Shown: in pieces, positions 61,301 to 64,000 of the stretch
Layout: each line of letters starts with the position of its first letter
Numbering within the stretch: position 1 is the first letter of the stretch
DNA from: Bilabrum cf. latius
Taxonomy: Eukaryota
Assembly (NCBI GenBank): GCA_965178125.1
Contig: OZ237771.1
Coordinates: 496,001 to 560,000, forward strand
Direction of reading: 5' to 3'
Length of the DNA: 64,000 nt
Notes under the pieces: generated by a model
Databases searched by the model: none
The model's input: the letters and a program-made list of their open reading frames with translations, nothing else
Told to the model about the DNA's origin: nothing
Program-made: the position numbers and the translations under genes

Positions 61301-61887
61301 GGCTTGCCAGCTCGGCTGTGCAGATGGAAGACGAGAGCGAGGCCAATGGCGAGATACCGCGTGGGGGGGCAGGCATGGATGCGGAGGCCGGCATGGACAT
61401 GGAGGTGGCGCGGGGGTCCAGAGGACTGGGAGGAAGTGGGAGGGCAAGCATGCCTCGGGCCCCCGAGGGACCGGCTGAGGGGCTGGCCTCTGGTGCTGCA
61501 GCTAGGAGGGGGGTGCGAGTGCACTCGTACCGGGGAGGGGTGGGTGCTACTCCAGCCGTGAGCCGCGGCCTATCGCTTGAGTCGCACGGGATGCGCGTGG
61601 GTGCACTGACCCCTGCCCACTCGCTGATGGTGAGTCGGACCATGAGCACGAGGAGCCCGAGGGGGGGGGCAGAGGGGGGGGGTACAGTGGCAGTGGGGCT
61701 AATGCATGGAGAGGTGCGGCCGAATGTGGCGGCGTGGGACAGGCTGGAGAGGACGTGCAGCAAGGAGTGCGTCAGTTTTGTGTGCCAGCTTCTCATCGGG
61801 GATCCCATCGCGAGGCTGGGCTGTGGGGGCATCAACGAGGTCCTGCAGCACGAGTGGCTGCAAGACGTGGATGCATGGGAGATATGA
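58351..61887 (+). CDS. AGC-like pseudokinase with N-terminal MGC acylation motif and large internal repeat insert
   Basis: Probable start MGCGQS at 58351; the 5' intron structure is unresolved. HMAPELA and QDCFSLGMLLFNALTGEMPW precede the insert, and LLIGDPIARLGCGGINEVLQHEWL follows it, ending in TGA. No HRD or DFG recognisable. Many in-frame TAGs. Confidence 0.72.
59815..61136 (+). repeat. 252-bp coding tandem repeat, 5 full copies plus a 62-bp partial
   Basis: Units start at 59815, 60067, 60319, 60571, 60823 and 61075. They are near-identical, with one A/C variant seen at 59977. Each 84-codon unit has two in-frame TAGs. Confidence 0.97.
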
Positions 61888-62173
61888 CTGGACCTTTGGT
61901 ACTGCACGAAGCTCGCGTTTCGCATATTGCAACCAGCCAGCAAATGCCAAGCAAATATCGAAGATGACGCACAAAAGACGGTATCGTACACAGCGAAGAT
62001 GCAGTGTGGGAAACTACCAGACGTGCTGCGTCCGAAGGCTATACGTTGTGTTACTATTGAACTAGAAAATTGAAAGCCTTTTGGGACAATTACACTGGGA
62101 TCGACAACTCTCATAGCACACAGCAAGCAGGAAGAGACACGTCCCCAGCTGCCTGTTCCTGGCTTGAACTTGC

Positions 62174-63277
62174 ATGCGAAGCAGTGCTGCCAGTGCAGCA
62201 TGCAGCAAATCTCTTGCTCGAGTTGCAGCAAAGAGAAGGGATGCGCGGCATAGAGGAGAACTCCTCGAAAAGCGGGTGGCGTTGCTCTTCACTCGCCTGG
62301 GATACTGGAATGTTCGACGTAACGTTCGTGTGAAGGACAACTTTGGCAACTGGAGCGAAGTGGACGTAGTTGCTGGTGCGATTCCATGGCTGCGCGTGTA
62401 CGTGGAATGCAAGGCTCATTCGCCGCATCGACCAATCCAGTTGTAGCAAGTTGCGAAGTTCAAAGAAGTGCTCCGGTTGCTGGGCATTCCGATTCGCAGG
62501 GGACTTGTGGTCGGCACGGCCAGGTTTAGTCCTAGATGTTCATCTGTTGGATTGTAGCTATGGACAGAATCTGACCTGGAGAGCTGGGAGCACCGGGCAG
62601 ACAGGCTGCAGAACATAGTTCGGGCGCCCAAATGGCTGCTCCTGCTGCTCGTCGTCCTCTGCACGATGGCCGAGTGGGCCGATGAAATTGGAGATGGATT
62701 AGATCACGGAGTCGAGGTTCTTAGAGCAGCCGCCCCCGGACAGGACGTAGAGCGCTCCTGGTGGGAGACAGGGGCGCGGGCGGCTAGCGAGACGGTACGG
62801 CGGGCGGGAGCGTGGAGCCGCTCTGCCGTGAGAAGGGGGCTGCGGGTGGGAGCTGAGGCCCTGCCTGGCGGGGAGAAGGCATTGGATCGGATCAGCAAGG
62901 CGCTTGATGCGCTCAAAGAGGCCCTTGGGCTGCGTGTGGCGGGGGCTGGTGATGACGGGGGCAAGGGGGGCTCGCTGGGGGTTCTGGGTGAGGCTGTGGA
63001 GCGGGCGGATCTGGAGGCCCGACAGGGCCTGGCTGTGCTGCAGGCGGTGCTGGAGCAATTTACGCAATGGAGATAGGGTAATGGGGGCGACGGTGGTGGA
63101 TATGAGAGGGGCTATGATGGAGTTGATCGGGGGGATGTCCGGGAAGCTGCCGGTGGGCAGAAGACATCGCCAGGACCAGGACCAGGACCAGGGGAGGGGG
63201 CGGGAGGGCTTGACATGGACATGGGTAGAGCCGATGATTGCAACAGCGGGGCAGAGTGCGATAGGGGAAGATGTTAA
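62174..63277 (+). CDS. PD-(D/E)XK restriction-endonuclease-like (Mrr-type) domain protein with a TM segment
   Basis: GELLEKRVALLFTRLGY...SEVDVVA...VYVECK...L*QVAKFKEVL...GLVVGTARFSPR, then WLLLLLVVLC. TAGs at 62444, about 62554 and 63074. Ends in TAA. Confidence 0.78.
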
Positions 63278-64000
63278 CATCAATCTGTCTGTTTTGTGCG
63301 ACCCATCTGAATTCAAGGCAGCTGCAACCCAAGCAAAGCATGCTTGCACGAAAGTTGGTCCATTCGTCACATGATGAGCACCCGTGATGACTTGGCCGAA
63401 AATCCAGAAACGCTGCTCCACGTCACACGTACACTTCAGCAGTATCGGACTCGTTTCTGTCGCATCTAGCATCGGCATTAAATTCGTATTGATTTTGTAT
63501 TGAATCCATCTAATGGTGCTCCCAAACTGTGTCTCTCATGCGTGTGGGGCAGTATTTGCAGTGGCTGCCACCTGTGGACTGGTCTGGTTCGGACTCCACG
63601 CTTACTACTAGGACAGAATGAGTGAGCATAGCCACTCCATGCCAATATCTCTACCACTTTTATAATCTGGCTCCGGCCAATGGGGGGTTTTATGCCTTAT
63701 TGAAGCTTGCACTTACACCTGAATCCTAGTTTTTTTAACCGCAGCAACATGGCTCGGCTTTGCCGCAACATGTGCTCTTTTCGCAATGTGTACGACGTGG
63801 CTTATATTGGTTTGGTTTCAATAGGCTGAGTCTCGTGGTGTATCACCGTGCTGCTGCTCCACGGGCGAATCAAAGGCAAAAGTAGTCCCGCGTCAGCCAG
63901 TGTCAGCGCCCTCAGCAACTAGTGGCCGCGGTCGCATCGGGCTGGCAGGGCCCACGGATCAGATGCATAGCCCCCAGGAAGCTTCATCATCGTCGATTTC

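Noticed and set aside
59634-62231. 865-aa minus-strand ORF across the 252-bp array
   Set aside because: It is a shadow frame with no recognisable motifs. The plus frame carries kinase motifs and the repeat variant is synonymous there.
1-64000. Mass pseudogenisation as the explanation for the in-frame stops
   Set aside because: The interruptions are almost exclusively TAG, without frameshifts, in essential genes (PSMA4, NCAPH, VPS11) and at conserved Gln sites. Decay would also produce TGA, TAA and indels.
1-64000. Standard ciliate-type code (TAA and TAG both Gln)
   Set aside because: Six genes end plausibly at TAA, several followed by AT-richer UTR-like sequence. Only one internal TAA was found, and it is reported separately.
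1-64000. TAG as pyrrolysine, or stops removed by tiny introns
   Set aside because: The aligned residues are Gln, no pyl genes are visible, the frame is preserved and no GT-AG pairs bracket the motif-internal TAGs.
63280-64000. Possible gene end or RNA gene at the right edge; suppressor tRNA(CUA) anywhere in the window
   Set aside because: No supportable ORF here and no tRNA cloverleaf recognised by eye. A covariance-model search would be needed.

Overview
This is a gene-dense, GC-rich eukaryotic (protist-like) nuclear window with short GT-AG introns and many Gly/Ala/acidic low-complexity insertions. The main signal is a variant genetic code: TAG is not a stop here. It occurs in frame in most genes, including at conserved Gln positions (RT GVL*GSPLSP, MMAA ETVGVG*SE, proteasome alpha-3 LVA*R). 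Every complete gene I traced ends in TGA or TAA, never TAG. The supplied ORF track therefore fragments most genes and misses one. Read with TAG=Gln, the window holds about 20 genes: an S28 peptidase, an ankyrin/kinase-like protein, PSMA4, VPS11, NCAPH, FIP1, a SAM methyltransferase, a SUN-like protein, MMAA, an RIIa-domain protein, GGNBP2, PNO1, an AGC-like pseudokinase, a PD-(D/E)XK nuclease-like protein and several hypotheticals. It also holds two apparently intact mobile elements that use the same code: a CRE-like RLE non-LTR retrotransposon and a pogo-like DD35D DNA transposon with perfect TIRs. Other oddities are one in-frame TAA inside an otherwise intact peptidase, a 10-mer (GTGACGAGTG) found at least 21 times regardless of frame or strand, and a 71-bp coding cassette shared by two unrelated genes. 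All translations, counts and family calls were made by eye with no database search. The organism cannot be identified from this window.
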